A DNA stretch of 64,000 nt, from positions 13,144,001 to 13,208,000 of the forward strand of contig JAQFVV010000008.1 in NCBI GenBank assembly GCA_028023455.1, written 5' to 3'. Position 1 is the stretch's first letter; each line of letters begins with the position of its first letter. Below the pieces are notes generated by a model. The model saw only the letters and a list, made by a program, of their open reading frames with translations. It was not told the DNA's origin and did not search any database. The position numbers and the translations under genes are program-made. Source of the stretch: Epiperipatus broadwayi (lineage: Eukaryota; Animalia; Onychophora). Positions 1 to 12,060 of the stretch are shown piece after piece.

Positions 1-676
1 GGATATGAAATTTATCAATATTTTATCGTTGTGCTGTTTTTTTTGATATATATAAGATGGAGCCACAGTGAGTTCAGCCCATCTTCCTCTCTTAGGGTAG
101 TGCAGTAACTAAGACTGAGCTAAGGGCCAGATTAGCACATAAGCCTTCCCCCACCTCTTATGAACCAAATTAAGGTTCTCTTTTAGCAGCAGAATGATTG
201 GTCATTGGGTAAATCGGTGTTGGTCATAAAAACCCTAAATTCTATTCATCCATCCACAGAGCCACTTTACTTGTGCATAGCATATTAGTAAAATCTTTAT
301 AGCCAACTCTACCTCCCTAATATGCAGTCTTCACTGTTAAGGCGAAGCATTTTTGAAAACCCGTTCGATCTAAAGCTATCTGGGATGCTTTATACACCCA
401 TATTTAATATATAAATTTATCATAATCAGATGTATTATTAAGCTTCACTCCAGACTTGGATTATATGTATAATAGTCACTCGAATTGATTATGAAACAGC
501 ATAACTAATAAGTGGAATGTAATGATTTATTATGTAGCATAATATTTGGCTATATGGCTTGCTATGCTGAGTTTGAAGACATTACGTGTCTAAAAGATTT
601 ATGCTTGCAAGCTGAATAGAAACTGTTTCATAAACGCTCAGAGTTTGTGTTTAGATCTAGTTTCTAAAATTCCTGT

Positions 677-720
677 CTTTCACTGATGATAGCAAATAGC
701 TTGAAATCATGATCTGAAAG
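677..720 (+). ncRNA. Type I hammerhead ribozyme motif, copy 1
   Basis: Helix I CTTTCA(677-682)/TGAAAG(715-720) is a perfect 6 bp. Core CTGATGA at 683-689. Stem II AGC/GCT with AAATA loop, flanked by T690/T702. GAAA at 703-706. Palindromic helix III ATCATGAT at 706-713. Predicted cleavage after C714. Confidence 0.75.
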
Positions 721-1075
721 TGGAATTAAAGTTAGAGATAGTGAATGCATGCTCTGACGTTTATGTAAACATACACTTGATGGTGTTTTTGGTAGAATGC
801 CATCTGTTGACATAAATACAAGCATTAGCAAGTTTTTAACTTGTTTTTTGTTTTTCATAAATGTACCTTTGAGGTCTTTCTAGCAATGATATATATTGCA
901 GAGGCTTCTACTATGTGGTGATGCTGAACTGAGATCAGACCCATATAGCTATCTGGCTTGCTATGCTGAGTTTGAAGACATTACGTGTCTAAAAGATTCA
1001 CGCTTGCATGCTGAATAGAAACTGTTTCATAAACGCTCAGAGTTTGTGTTTAGATCTAGTTTCTAAAATTCCTGT

Positions 1076-1119
1076 CTTTCACTGATGATAGCAAATAGCT
1101 TGAAATCATGATCTGAAAG
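1076..1119 (+). ncRNA. Type I hammerhead ribozyme motif, copy 2
   Basis: Identical in sequence to 677-720. Predicted cleavage after C1113. Confidence 0.75.
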
Positions 1120-3443
1120 TGGAATTAAAGTTAGAGATAGTGAATGCATGCTCTGACGTTTATGTAAACATACGCTTGACGGTGTTTTTGGTAGAATGCC
1201 ATCTGTTGACATATATATATATATATAGAAAGAGAATTATCTTTACAATTTTCATTCAAAATAAAAAATTAAATTGCAGATTGTTAAAATATTGTGTAAA
1301 TGTCATTGTAAGGAGAAACTCAAAGTTCTCTCTTAATATTGATAGATGGCACTTGTGGTAATGTTATAAAACTAATTAATATTGTTTTTTTTTTCAATCA
1401 TGATTGATTAAAAAAGCATTATTCCTGTGATATTTTGCTCTCTCAGTCTAACCAAGAGTTTACATTATGAACAATATTGATGTAGTAAAGCAAAACTTTA
1501 CTGTAACAATTGAAATATTTGAATACAAGTATAATGTTTTACTGAACTATATGTAATTAGATGAGATTTGAATACAGACATTGAAGCATCCTTCAGTTAT
1601 CTACCCCATCTTATATAACCAAAACACATGGCCACATGTATGTGGTCATACAAGATGTAATGAATAGTTGAAGAGAGTTTAGATCTGTGTTCAAATCCCA
1701 CTACTTGTAACAATTGGAGAAATTTATTTGGATAATTTGCATGTATCTAACAATGCTTACAGTGAATGTTTAAATTTTTATTTTACAGATAAAATCTTTA
1801 AGGATGGTTTATTTTGTAAATTTATCTGAGTACTTTTTAAACCCAAATCTTAAAATATATATTTTTATGATCAACATATTCTGTGCATATGTTAAATATG
1901 AATAAAAGATGAAAGTGAAACAATCTTTAAATAATCCTTAATAGGCAAGGCATTATGATGATTATTTACAGAGTGACTATGAACAATAATTAATTATTAG
2001 ACTTGTTGTATTCTGTATACAAGAATAATCAAAAGTGAATACACAAAGCAGTCAATGTTTAGACAATACTAATATCAACAACTTCAATCAGTAGGCAGAG
2101 CAATTTTTTTTACTATAAAGAATGTATGCTTACATTTATCTATGGGTTAATATAAGAATAATTAAATACATATTTATTAATCAAAACTTGAGTAGTTAGT
2201 GAGGTAGGTTATGTACTAGATAGTTTTCAAAAATCCTAAGACAACTTGGAAACTAAAAAATTTAAATCATAGAAATATTAGAAAGGTGCATTAATTATTA
2301 TGTGGTGAGTCCTCTTGTACTAAATATGTTATTAGTTTGAAAATAGTAAATTTCATATTGTCTCAAATCTAACTAATAATATTTATATATTTATTAGAGA
2401 AGTCTGTGAAATTTAATGGCTGATTTACTATTATGTTTTGATACTCTGCCATTCTAAATATTGATGTAAGAAATACTAAAACGGAATTTAAATATAAAAT
2501 TTAGAAAGATTTATTATAGCAAATATATTTGTAACACTTTCATATCATATTCATGTTTATATAAATATATTGTAATGATATTTTAAGGTCTAAATTAATA
2601 GACACAAACATAAATTCTACTAAATTTTATCGGCTTATCAATAAAGCAAATATTATTGATTATTACTATTATTATTATTGCAAGTAATGTTATTAAGCAG
2701 TGATATATTACTTGTACTAATATCTACAGAAACAAATTATTAAATTATCCAAGATGTCTTCCATGCAGATTTTATAAATATTCAGCCAGATTTTATAAAT
2801 CCTCAGCATCTTTAAAAAAATTATATGTATCTAATTTTGTTTTATTGCAGTTGAAATATTGTAATGGAATAAGTATATGCCGTTACATCACTTTCAAATA
2901 AAAGTGAAAAAAAAAGAAATAAATTCACTCTCAAGTAGAAATATATATATATAAAGAAAATTTAATAATTTTATTTAATTTTTTTCTTTAAAGTTTAAAA
3001 TCTAAAAACAAGATTGTTTTAATATAAAAGAATAATAATAAAAAAAGATGTTAATTAATTATTTTTAATCTTAGAATAGAAATGATTTTCTATAATGACG
3101 TAATTGCAAACAGGCCCTTGGGCATAAAATCAGATAAGAGATAAATTAAAAAAATACTAGTGATAAAATTTTGAGTTCTAGCTCTAAAGAAAGCTGACCA
3201 ATAACAATGGAAATAAACACATGGTCCACGGAGAAAAGTTAAGCCAGGTAAGATCGATTCTGGAATTTGATGATAAAAATTCACAAAGATATAAAAAGAA
3301 AACCTTGAAGTGGAAATTTAGATTTGGATTGTTCTTGCTGATTGCGTGTTATTTAAATATAAAGTCAAAAAACTACGGAGAGACTTTCTTTTCAAAATTT
3401 TTATTGATATACAATATATAACTTCACAAATAAATATAAATAT

Positions 3444-3495
3444 CCGACGTTTCGTCCATTTTTTTTTTTAAATAATGATATGGACTTTATCAAGG
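3444..3495 (-). ncRNA. Minimal hammerhead motif, U3-A8 variant (mirror copy in left palindrome arm)
   Basis: Reverse complement of the 4094-4142 motif, with a longer A-run in the stem II loop. Confidence 0.7.
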
Positions 3496-3785
3496 TTCTA
3501 TAAAACAGAGAAAAAATATATATACAATAAATAAGAAAACAAGACAATAAAATAAAATAAAATAAATAAAAATAAAATAATAATAATAACAAAATAAAAT
3601 ACCTATAAACCAAAAAATGGAAAATTGTATATCACAACATTTCCTTATATAGTGAGAAATTTTTTATACCAAAAGGAAAAAATATCTATACAAAAACAGT
3701 CAATTTTTTTGCACAAATATATAAGCTATTTTAACATTTTATTTAAAACAGGATTTAAATGTTCTATATAAATACTCTCTTTGTT

Positions 3786-3863
3786 AAATCTTTCATAGTA
3801 ATTAACAAAGAGAGTATTTATATAGAACATTTAAATCCTGTTTTAAATAAAATGTTAAAATAG
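3786..3863 (+). pseudogene. C-terminal fragment of a Penelope GIY-YIG endonuclease ORF
   Basis: Translates as KSFIVINKESIYIEHLNPVLNKMLK*, resembling the (I)KE(S/A)xYIxxxxPxLN ending of Penelope ORFs. Confidence 0.55.
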
Positions 3864-4093
3864 CTTATATATTTGTGCAAAAAAATTGACTGTTTTTGTA
3901 TAGATATTTTTTCCTTTTGGTATAAAAAATTTCTCACTATATAAGGAAATGTTGTGATATACAATTTTCCATTTTTTGGTTTATAGGTATTTTATTTTGT
4001 TATTATTATTATTTTATTTTTATTTATTTTATTTTATTTTATTGTCTTGTTTTCTTATTTATTGTATATATATTTTTTCTCTGTTTTATAGAA

Positions 4094-4142
4094 CCTTGAT
4101 AAAGTCCATATCATTATTTTAAAAAAATGGACGAAACGTCGG
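4094..4142 (+). ncRNA. Minimal hammerhead motif, U3-A8 core variant (Penelope type)
   Basis: CC-TTGATAA-A-GTCCAT(4104-4109)...ATGGAC(4127-4132)-GAAA-CGTC-GG. It has a 6-bp stem II, palindromic ACGT helix III and a GUC site, but only a 2-bp helix I. Confidence 0.7.
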
Positions 4143-4279
4143 ATATTTATATTTATTTGTGAAGTTATATATTGTATATCAATAAAAAATTTTGAAAAGA
4201 AAGTCTCTCCGTAGTTTTTTGACTTTATAATAACTTGATAATACATTTGAAAAGAAAAAAGAAGAAGAAGAAGTTTATA

Positions 4280-4613
4280 TTATTTAAATATATTTATAAG
4301 TGTATTCAAATCTGAATTATGTTCAAAATTTACTAATACTTGAAACCGATTTGTAAGTTCTAATTTAAATCCATTAGAATATTTCTGAAGATGTTTTTCT
4401 TAATAATTTTTGTCTCTCTAGTTTTGCATTAACAGGTATCTTACATCTTACTAATCGATTATCATTTCCTGTGATAAATTTATTAAAAACATTACAATCT
4501 TGAAATATGTATTTTCTGTTAGTCAAAATATAATTCAATTCTGCTGTACCTTCATTTTGATACTTCCATGTCCATTTCCTTTTAACATTTTTCTCAAAAA
4601 AATAATTCATTTT
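4280..4613 (-). pseudogene. RTE LINE apurinic endonuclease C-terminal segment, inverted relative to the element body
   Basis: ORF 4374..4712(-) contains MNYFFEKNVKRKWTWK...ELNYILTN...GNDNRLVRCKI...ERQKL, matching the KWTW / IDYIL / SDHRLV motifs of APE domains. It is homologous to 30810-30950 of the second RTE. Confidence 0.75.
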
Positions 4614-6262
4614 GGTATTGGTAGGAAATTTATATCTGCAATAAGAAAAAAAGATGGAATTATTATTAAAAAGAGAGATGAGATCATGAAATGGATAGAA
4701 GTTTTTTATCAAGAATTATATAGTAATAAAGAACAAGTACCTCCTATATTTATTACATCTTCCAAATTGCCCAGAATTTTAAACGAAGAAGTGAGACATG
4801 CAATTAAATGTATGAAGCCAGGAAAGACTCCAGGTAATGATGGAATTATAATTAATATATTAAAAAAAGCAGGTGAAGAAATAGATTTTTTTTAAAGCAA
4901 AGTTATATACCAAATGTCTAAATGATAAAGATGTACCAAATGATTGGAAGAATGAAGTATTAATATTAATATTTAAAAAAGGTGATAAAGAAGATATTAG
5001 AAATTACAGACCTATCAGTCATTTATCAGTTTTATACAAAATTTTTATCAAGATAATTACAACTTGTCTACAGAGAACATTGGATTTCCACCAATCAAGA
5101 GAACAAGCTGGATTTAAAAGTGGTTTTAGTACAGTAGATTATATCCAGGTATTGAGAGAAGTTATAGAAAGGACAAATGAATATGAGTTGCCATTATGCT
5201 TTGGATTTGTAGATTATGAAAAGGCATTTGATTCTATAAACATTTCTTCAGTGATTAAAGCATTGGATCATCAAGGTATAGATCCAGGATATTGTCATAT
5301 TTTAAAGAATATTTATAAAAATGCAACAGCAACAATTAGATTACATAATGATACTAGGAAAGACAACATTGAGAAGGGTGTAAGACAGAGTGACTCCATA
5401 TCTTCAAAACTTTTTACAGCAGTGCTGCAAGAAATATTTTGTGGATTAAAATGGAAAGCTAAAGGAGTGAAAGTAAATGGAGATTATTTAAGTCATTTAG
5501 ATTTTGCAGATGATATAGTTGTTTTTGCAAATAATGCTTTACAGCTGCAGGAAATATTGCAGGAGTTATCAGAGGAAAGTAGGACTAAAGATAAATGTTA
5601 AAAAGACTAAAGTAATGTTTAATGGATTTTCTCAAAATTTGAAAATAAAGATTGATTATGAAGAGTTAGAAGAAGTTAACAATTACAAATACCTTGGTCA
5701 GATTATTAATACAGATGGAAACATAATGAATGAAATTAATCATAGAATTAAACTTGGTTGTAGTGCTTTTGGTAGAAATAACTTGCTACTAAAAGGAAAT
5801 ATGCCTATGTGTTTGAAAAAGGTTTTTAATAAATGTGTTTTATCAGTTTTTACTTATGGATCTGAAACTTGGACACTTAATGGATGAGTAATACAGAGAC
5901 TTCAGATCACTCAAAGACATATGGAGAGATGTATGTTGGGAGTAACAAGAAGAGATTGAAAACACAATATATGGGTAAGAGAACGTACAGGTGTTACTGA
6001 CCTCATTGAAAAATTAAAAGACTGAAGTGGAGTTGGGCTGGGGATATTTCTAGAAGAGATAGTAATAGATGGACAATTGAAATCTTAAACTGGATTCCAA
6101 GCGATTGTAAAAGACCCAGAAAGAGACCACATGTGAGATGGATGAATGAAATAAGAAAGTGTGCAGGAGTGCTGTGGAGAAAAGAAGCTAAAGATCAGAT
6201 AAGATGGATTGAACTTGAAGAGACTTTCATCCTGCAGTGAATTGATAATAGTTGATGATGAT
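4614..6262 (+). mobile_element. RTE-clade non-LTR retrotransposon body (RT domain, frameshifted and stopped)
   Basis: KTPGNDG, NYRPIS, EQAGFKSGFST, VDYEKAFDSI, KGVRQSDSIS, LDFADDIVV, YKYLG and TYGSETW motifs. The 3' end CCTGCAGTGAATTG...GATGATGAT is typical of RTE tails. Confidence 0.92.
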
Positions 6263-8779
6263 AAGTGTATTGTGGATCACCAAAATGTAGGGTCAGCAAT
6301 AATTTACGTCTCCTGTTTTTGCACCAGCTGAGGCGGTCTCCATATTTATGATGGTTACCAGAAACCAGCCAGCAACGGACTTGTCTCCACCTAGAACAAT
6401 ATGAAATGGAAAGAACTTTGAATTGTGTGATGCATCAAGGACTGCAAAGATGGATTTTATCTACAGCATTGGAAAATATAAACTTTTGTTTTAAGTGAAA
6501 TATGAACATTAATTATATTATACAAACTTTTCAATATTTTAAGTGTCACTTAACTTTTAAAAGAAATCGATCTCTTATCTAACTAAAATTTTAAATTAAT
6601 TATATTTTTTTATATATGTGCTTAATATCATTTCCATTCTCGTAAATTTCTTTTAAATTAATAATTTAAAAAATAAGCTTGAATAGCTGCATAGACTTGT
6701 AAGATTGTTAGTTTAAGGGGTGTTAATTTTGGGCTACATGTTTCATAGTTAAATAGGTGCTGGTGGATAGATGTATGGTTGTTTTATGTCAATGGAATCT
6801 GAGTAGGTATATTGGATACTCATTCCCTTGTACCGCATTAGCATACCGGGCATAATACCCACCTGAACGTGTGGCCCAAATGTGTAGCCATCACGTCAAT
6901 GATCGTAGTAGTTTTTCCTATATCATTGATTTTCTTACTCTCTGGTTGGAATAGTAAGCCACCAAAGACCACTATCTCCTTTTACAAAGCATCTCTACTA
7001 TATATATTTTAATAATTTCGTTTTTATATTACCAATTAGGCAGTGGATTGTTCCTGTCTGTTGGTGAAATTTATTAATAATCATGGGGAAGATGCTCATT
7101 CCTTCTCACCATGTTTCATTATTTCTCTAATGATATCATGCTACAGATGTAAATTCCTGTTAGCATGATTGTGCTATGCTAATAATCTTATTTTGTATTG
7201 GTCACATCGGTATATCAGTAAGCTAGCATTGGTTTAAATGCAGGATTTTAGCTTAAGGTTAAAAGGGATTGGGTTGGTAATATGCGTAATCTATGTAGCA
7301 TATTCATGTTTAGTAAAATATTAAAAATTGTATTAAATCAATTAAATGCTTCCATCTGTGCATATAATTTAAATCAAATGTATTAACTAGTTAATTTAAT
7401 TTTCTGAAATTTTCCTTTTAATGTGTGTGTGTGCATAATAATAAAGTGTTTTGTTTAATTAAATTTTGGCAGTAATTCATTTTATATATATTTAAAATTA
7501 AGAATTAGAAATTTGAACATTCAGAGTGATATTTTAAGCTCAGTTTCTCCCTAAGCTAGTGACTGGGGCTTTTGGTTCGATAAAAGAGAACTCCCATGCG
7601 TATCTGCCTGCTATAAAAATTTTCTAGATTCGAATAGCCTAGTGGTGCCTTGTTTGGCAGATTAGATTAGGGAGGTTCCGTTGACTGTTATAATATAGTT
7701 AGAAAAGATACATATGGATTTAAAATCAGTTTTGAAAGAATAACAGACACTATAAAAATGCATAACACTAACTATAATAAGAATAAAATATTTAAGAATA
7801 TTTTATTATAATAGTAACTTTATTAATACAGTTAGATGATCTAGACTACACTTAATAACAATTTAAAGTTTTTAACATAATATTCATACACATGTGTGCA
7901 TGCCTGGTTATATATGTGGTTGAATGTGATTAAAATTTAAAGATATAATCAGAAAATGCTTTAATAAAATATATTACCAGGATAATAATTAGATTTATTA
8001 TTAATTATAATGAGAACTTTAATAATAAATAATATAAAAATCACTTAATGTAATATTTTAATATTATAAGTATTATAATTTATTTGTAAACCAATAATGT
8101 ATATTTTTATTTTATTTTTAATCATTTAATCAATGTAATCTGATATTTTAGTATTTTGAAAATAATATTTATCAATAACTTTAAAAGGATATCACAAAAT
8201 TTTGGCAGTCTAAATTTTAAAAATTTTCAAATAACAACTGCTTTTCACAATTCTTAATGACCATAGTACAATATTTCTGTAAAAATCCAAATAAGTGAGT
8301 GATTGTGGGTAATATTTATGATATCATTAATCAGATGATAGGAACTTATAAATACATCTATGTGTTAAAAATTGTTTAGTCTTCTTTATTAACTGTATGC
8401 AGAAAAACTGCCTAGGATTTAAACTCAGAATTAGTCATGTTAGCATCCTGCACTAAAATGATGTCTGAATAGTCAACCAACTAAACATTTGTCTCTTAAT
8501 AGCATATGTTCTTCTACAATGTCCTGAATGGAGAAATTAAAAATCTAATAATGTATATCATTTCAATAATGAATTTTTAAAAAATATAAACCAATATTTG
8601 AATTTTACTATGAAAATTTTAAGATTGAAATTATGGACTACTTCATTATATTTGAACTGCACATTTATTTGCATTCTGTCCAAATTAGAAATCACTTGCT
8701 TGGAATTATATTTGTTATATCAACTTAAAGTTTCAGATGAGTGTTATAAAAAAACTAAATGTGAACTAATGGATTAACA

Positions 8780-8899
8780 AATTCAAAACAAAAGCAAAAC
8801 TCTCCATATAGTAGTGCCATCTTGTGCTAACAAGAGCAATCAATGGATGCCAATCAAGATGGCACTACTATATGGAGAGTTTTGCTTTTGTTTTGAATT
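8780..8899. repeat. Perfect 45-bp inverted repeat with 30-nt loop inside a dispersed repeat family
   Basis: Arms 8780-8824 and 8855-8899 are exact reverse complements. Related non-hairpin copies are at ~19150-19255 and ~44115-44180. Confidence 0.85.
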
Positions 8900-9351
8900 G
8901 TTTAATAACAATTATGTGCTAGTATGAGATGGTGATCATGTGATGTTTAGTGAATTAACAAATTGCTTAATGTTATATATATATATTGAATATTTTTTTC
9001 TGAGAAATTAATGCAACCAACAGATTAATGATTATTTAATGCTACAATAACTACAGTAATCTAAAAGTTATGGATAATTATTACTAAAATGACTGCTAAT
9101 AAATGGATTTGTTTTCATCAATATTTTTTCTTTATAACTAAGTCTATAAAATTTATAATCTATGAAAACTACTTCTTAAAATGTTAATTGCCATGTTTAA
9201 TGCACAAAAAATACAAAATGAATAAATATAAACTAATATGTATAAAATTGTTTGATAGTTTATTGATGTTTATATGTTTTAATTATAGTGTTATAATATT
9301 TAAATTGATGTAAACATAAGTTTTGGTTGTATTTTTATATTTGAATTTTTG

Positions 9352-9395
9352 TAAATCTGAAGAAGACTTCCAGGAACAGTCAAAACTGTTATTAT
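9352..9395 (+). ncRNA. Decayed hammerhead motif (C3-G8 core, G12 lost)
   Basis: CTGAAGA(9357-9363)-A-GACT...AGTC(9378-9381)-AAAA-CTGTT-ATT. The CG to CA change at the stem II/GAAA junction fits CpG decay. Confidence 0.5.
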
Positions 9396-11371
9396 ATTAA
9401 TACAAATTATTTGCTTAAAGGTGTAAGAAGATTTGTAATTATTTAATAAGATATATTGTTGTAATTTATCAAAATGTTGCTCAGAAACTGACCATTATTG
9501 AATTTGTACTTTAAAAAATCAGCCTTTGTCATTCCTTACTCCATATGAAGAATTAAGTATTATTATATTATTTCAATCTTGAAACATCAATGATTATTTA
9601 TAGTTGTGAATATTGAAATGATTGTGTCTAGTAATTTTGTTTTTGAATCTTTTAAAAACTATGGATTGTAACTTTAAGAATATAATAAAGTTATTGAATT
9701 TGTTTAATTTTGATAATATTTAAAGTTTTATTGTCTATATAAAAAAGTCCACAAAGTTAGAAAGATAGAATAATGAAGATACATATAAATATATTTATGA
9801 TTGCAATGTGGCACAAGTGTTTATTATTGATTTGTTGTACTTTTGGAGATTGGTTGGATAGACTTTAAGTTAATTAAGAATTGTTTATGGCCAAAATAAT
9901 ATTTAATATTTTGTGTTTTATTGATCTCTTAATTTACCATCTTATTTTTATATGATGAACGGTATCTAGAATACATGTGCACATATTTATTAAAATTACT
10001 CATCTTATCTTACTTTACCTAAAGAAGTATACATGTAATTCTATGAAGATTAGATAGTGTATCAGACAAAACCTGTGGCACTGATCCCAAAAAATACTGT
10101 TATTGAAATATAAACATAATTCATATATTTGAATAGCTGAATAGGCTTGAAATTCAGTGTTCAAATCCCCTATAATGAAAGTCAGTGTTCAAATCTCCTA
10201 TATTACAATAAATATTATTGTTTAGTTGAGGCAAATTTCAACAATATCTTGTTATAATGTTAGTCATAATATAAGCTTGTTATGAATATTAAGTAAATGC
10301 CACCTGCACCTGTGATACTCAGGTCAAATTAAAGTTATACTTTTATAATAATTAAATATACAAGTTGGGCAGGATGCAATAAAACATTCTTCTCTTTCAC
10401 TTATTGTTGATATTTAAATCTTTAAATTAAACACCATACAATCTTCTCTAATGGAGCATCTTTGTTTTTGCATCATATATATCATACAGATAGTTATAAT
10501 TAAAGCAGTATTTATTATAATATTACAATATTGTTTATCATCTTTGAAGAGAATTTATTGTTATTGTCATTGTATCCATTTTAAAATATTTTACATAATT
10601 TTATTGTTAATAAAATTGTTATATTTTGTTAATTATCTGGTCTTTGTCATTAATTAATTAAGGCTCATCATCTACACTTTTAATAAATAAAAGTTAGTCA
10701 TATGATTTTATAACTATTATACATTGTTTAAAAGAAGTGTTATTTTTTATTTATTCATTTTCACTATTTACTTAGTAATATTTTATTTACATGAAATATA
10801 TTAGATATAATAAAACCCTTTTGCTGTTTGGTCATATTCACAATTAATTATTTCATAATTTCTAAGATTAATGATGTTAAGAATAGTAATTCTTACAAGT
10901 TATTAAAACCCTGAGATAATTATTTAATCTATTTAATACAGCATGAGAGTTTTGAACCAATTTACTAACCATTATAAAAATATATAAATATAGAGAAGTT
11001 ACTTATTATTTCTACACTTTACATGAAGAAAAGGATAAAAAACCCTGAGATATGATTCTTTCTTAAAGATAAGATACATTAACTTTGCTAGCCTTAAATA
11101 TGCATCTGCATAACTGTACTATTTTAAAATAAGGAAACATTGTACCCATTATTATAAGAGACTCACACTGTAATGAAAGAGGAATTGCTTCTCATAATCC
11201 TTTAATTTTCTACAGAGTAAAATTCCCTCTTTGAATTAACATAAATATATATGGTTGTCATCTGATCCTTCGTGTCAGCCACAGGATGGCACTATTTCTA
11301 GCTAAATTTTTAGAAATATGACATTTCCACGGCCACACTCAAGCCTTTAAGCATTCTTTCTACAATAAATC

Positions 11372-11485
11372 CTAGAAAGATTGTTAACTTGGAGTTAAGT
11401 CTTCTTTCTACGCTAAAAGGTAGAGTGTTAACTCGGAGTTAAGTCTTCTTTCTATGATAAAACCTAGAAAGTGTTAACTCGGCTT
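11372..11485 (+). repeat. Three degenerate ~45-bp tandem subterminal repeats
   Basis: TAGA(A/G)...GTTAACT(T/C)GGAGTTAAGTCTTCTTTCTA recurs, with a partial third copy. Confidence 0.7.
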
Positions 11486-12060
11486 AGCGGCTAACGGTGT
11501 GGCTTTTTCCGATGCTAAAAGCAGAGGAAAATGTCATAGTTGTTTGTGTCCCACACTATGTCATAATGCTGTGTTATGTATTTTATATAACAATATCGTA
11601 CGAGGGTGTGTTAAGTTGATTGTGTCAAAATTATTTAAATTTTCATTTGGGCCTTTTTTTTTTTTTAATACGAATTGACATACTGTTACCTTTTAACAAT
11701 TTTAACAGTGTCATGATTGTTCCTCATAAAGCTGTAAGCCTCCTAAATTCTCTATTAGGGTGGGGTAGCGTAAATTTTTTTGACGATCACGCTATGAGTT
11801 ACGTTTTAGCGAGAAATTTTCCGAGACCAAGAAGGTGGCTAATTTGAACACAGAAAACTTGAAAAGATGGGAATTGCCAGACATGGAAGCCAGCACTGGA
11901 ACATTTCTACACCAGAAAAACATCCTGCTGAAAGAAAAGATTGGATTATGTGGCAAATATATGCAGATTTGAGGTCCAAAAACATCTTTTGACTTTCATC
12001 TGTAAGTCTCGTTGTTGCCGACAGAAATGTTCACTTTGTAAAGGGCAGCTTGTTTGAGGG

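Larger units (their letters stand above)
549..1213 (+). mobile_element. Retrozyme-like / Penelope pLTR-like element: two 266-bp direct repeats (549-814, 948-1213; period 399 nt) each carrying a hammerhead motif, separated by 133 nt of unique sequence
   Basis: The copies align at a constant offset of 399 with 6 substitutions, most at CpG sites. The same HHR motif is at the same position in each. There is no convincing ORF, and the element ends in a (TA)n run at 1211-1226. Confidence 0.7.
3358..4229. mobile_element. Penelope-like element 3' end duplicated as a near-perfect palindrome (arms 3358-3787 and 3802-4229, 14-nt loop)
   Basis: The arms are reverse complements, with differences seen only at homopolymer runs. 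Each arm has a GIY-YIG C-terminus-like peptide followed by an HHR motif. Inverted pLTRs are a known Penelope configuration. Confidence 0.8.

Noticed and set aside
549-1213. TRIM / miniature LTR retrotransposon reading of the direct repeat
   Set aside because: No clear PBS, polypurine tract or TSD, and TG...CA ends cannot be assigned on both sides. The hammerheads explain the structure better.
664-1361. ORFs 664..858(-) and 1119..1361(+)
   Set aside because: Short, no recognisable motifs, and they run through the repeat and a (TA)n tract; treated as chance frames.
3221-4246. ORFs 3221..3421(+) and 4055..4246(-) sharing IKSKNYGETFFSKF
   Set aside because: The shared peptide is only a consequence of the palindrome arms, not a gene family.
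6780-7070. Open stretches on both strands, the minus one containing IGKTTT and YANAVQGNEY (helicase-like words)
   Set aside because: Motif spacing is far too short for a helicase, there is no start or continuation, and I cannot assign it.
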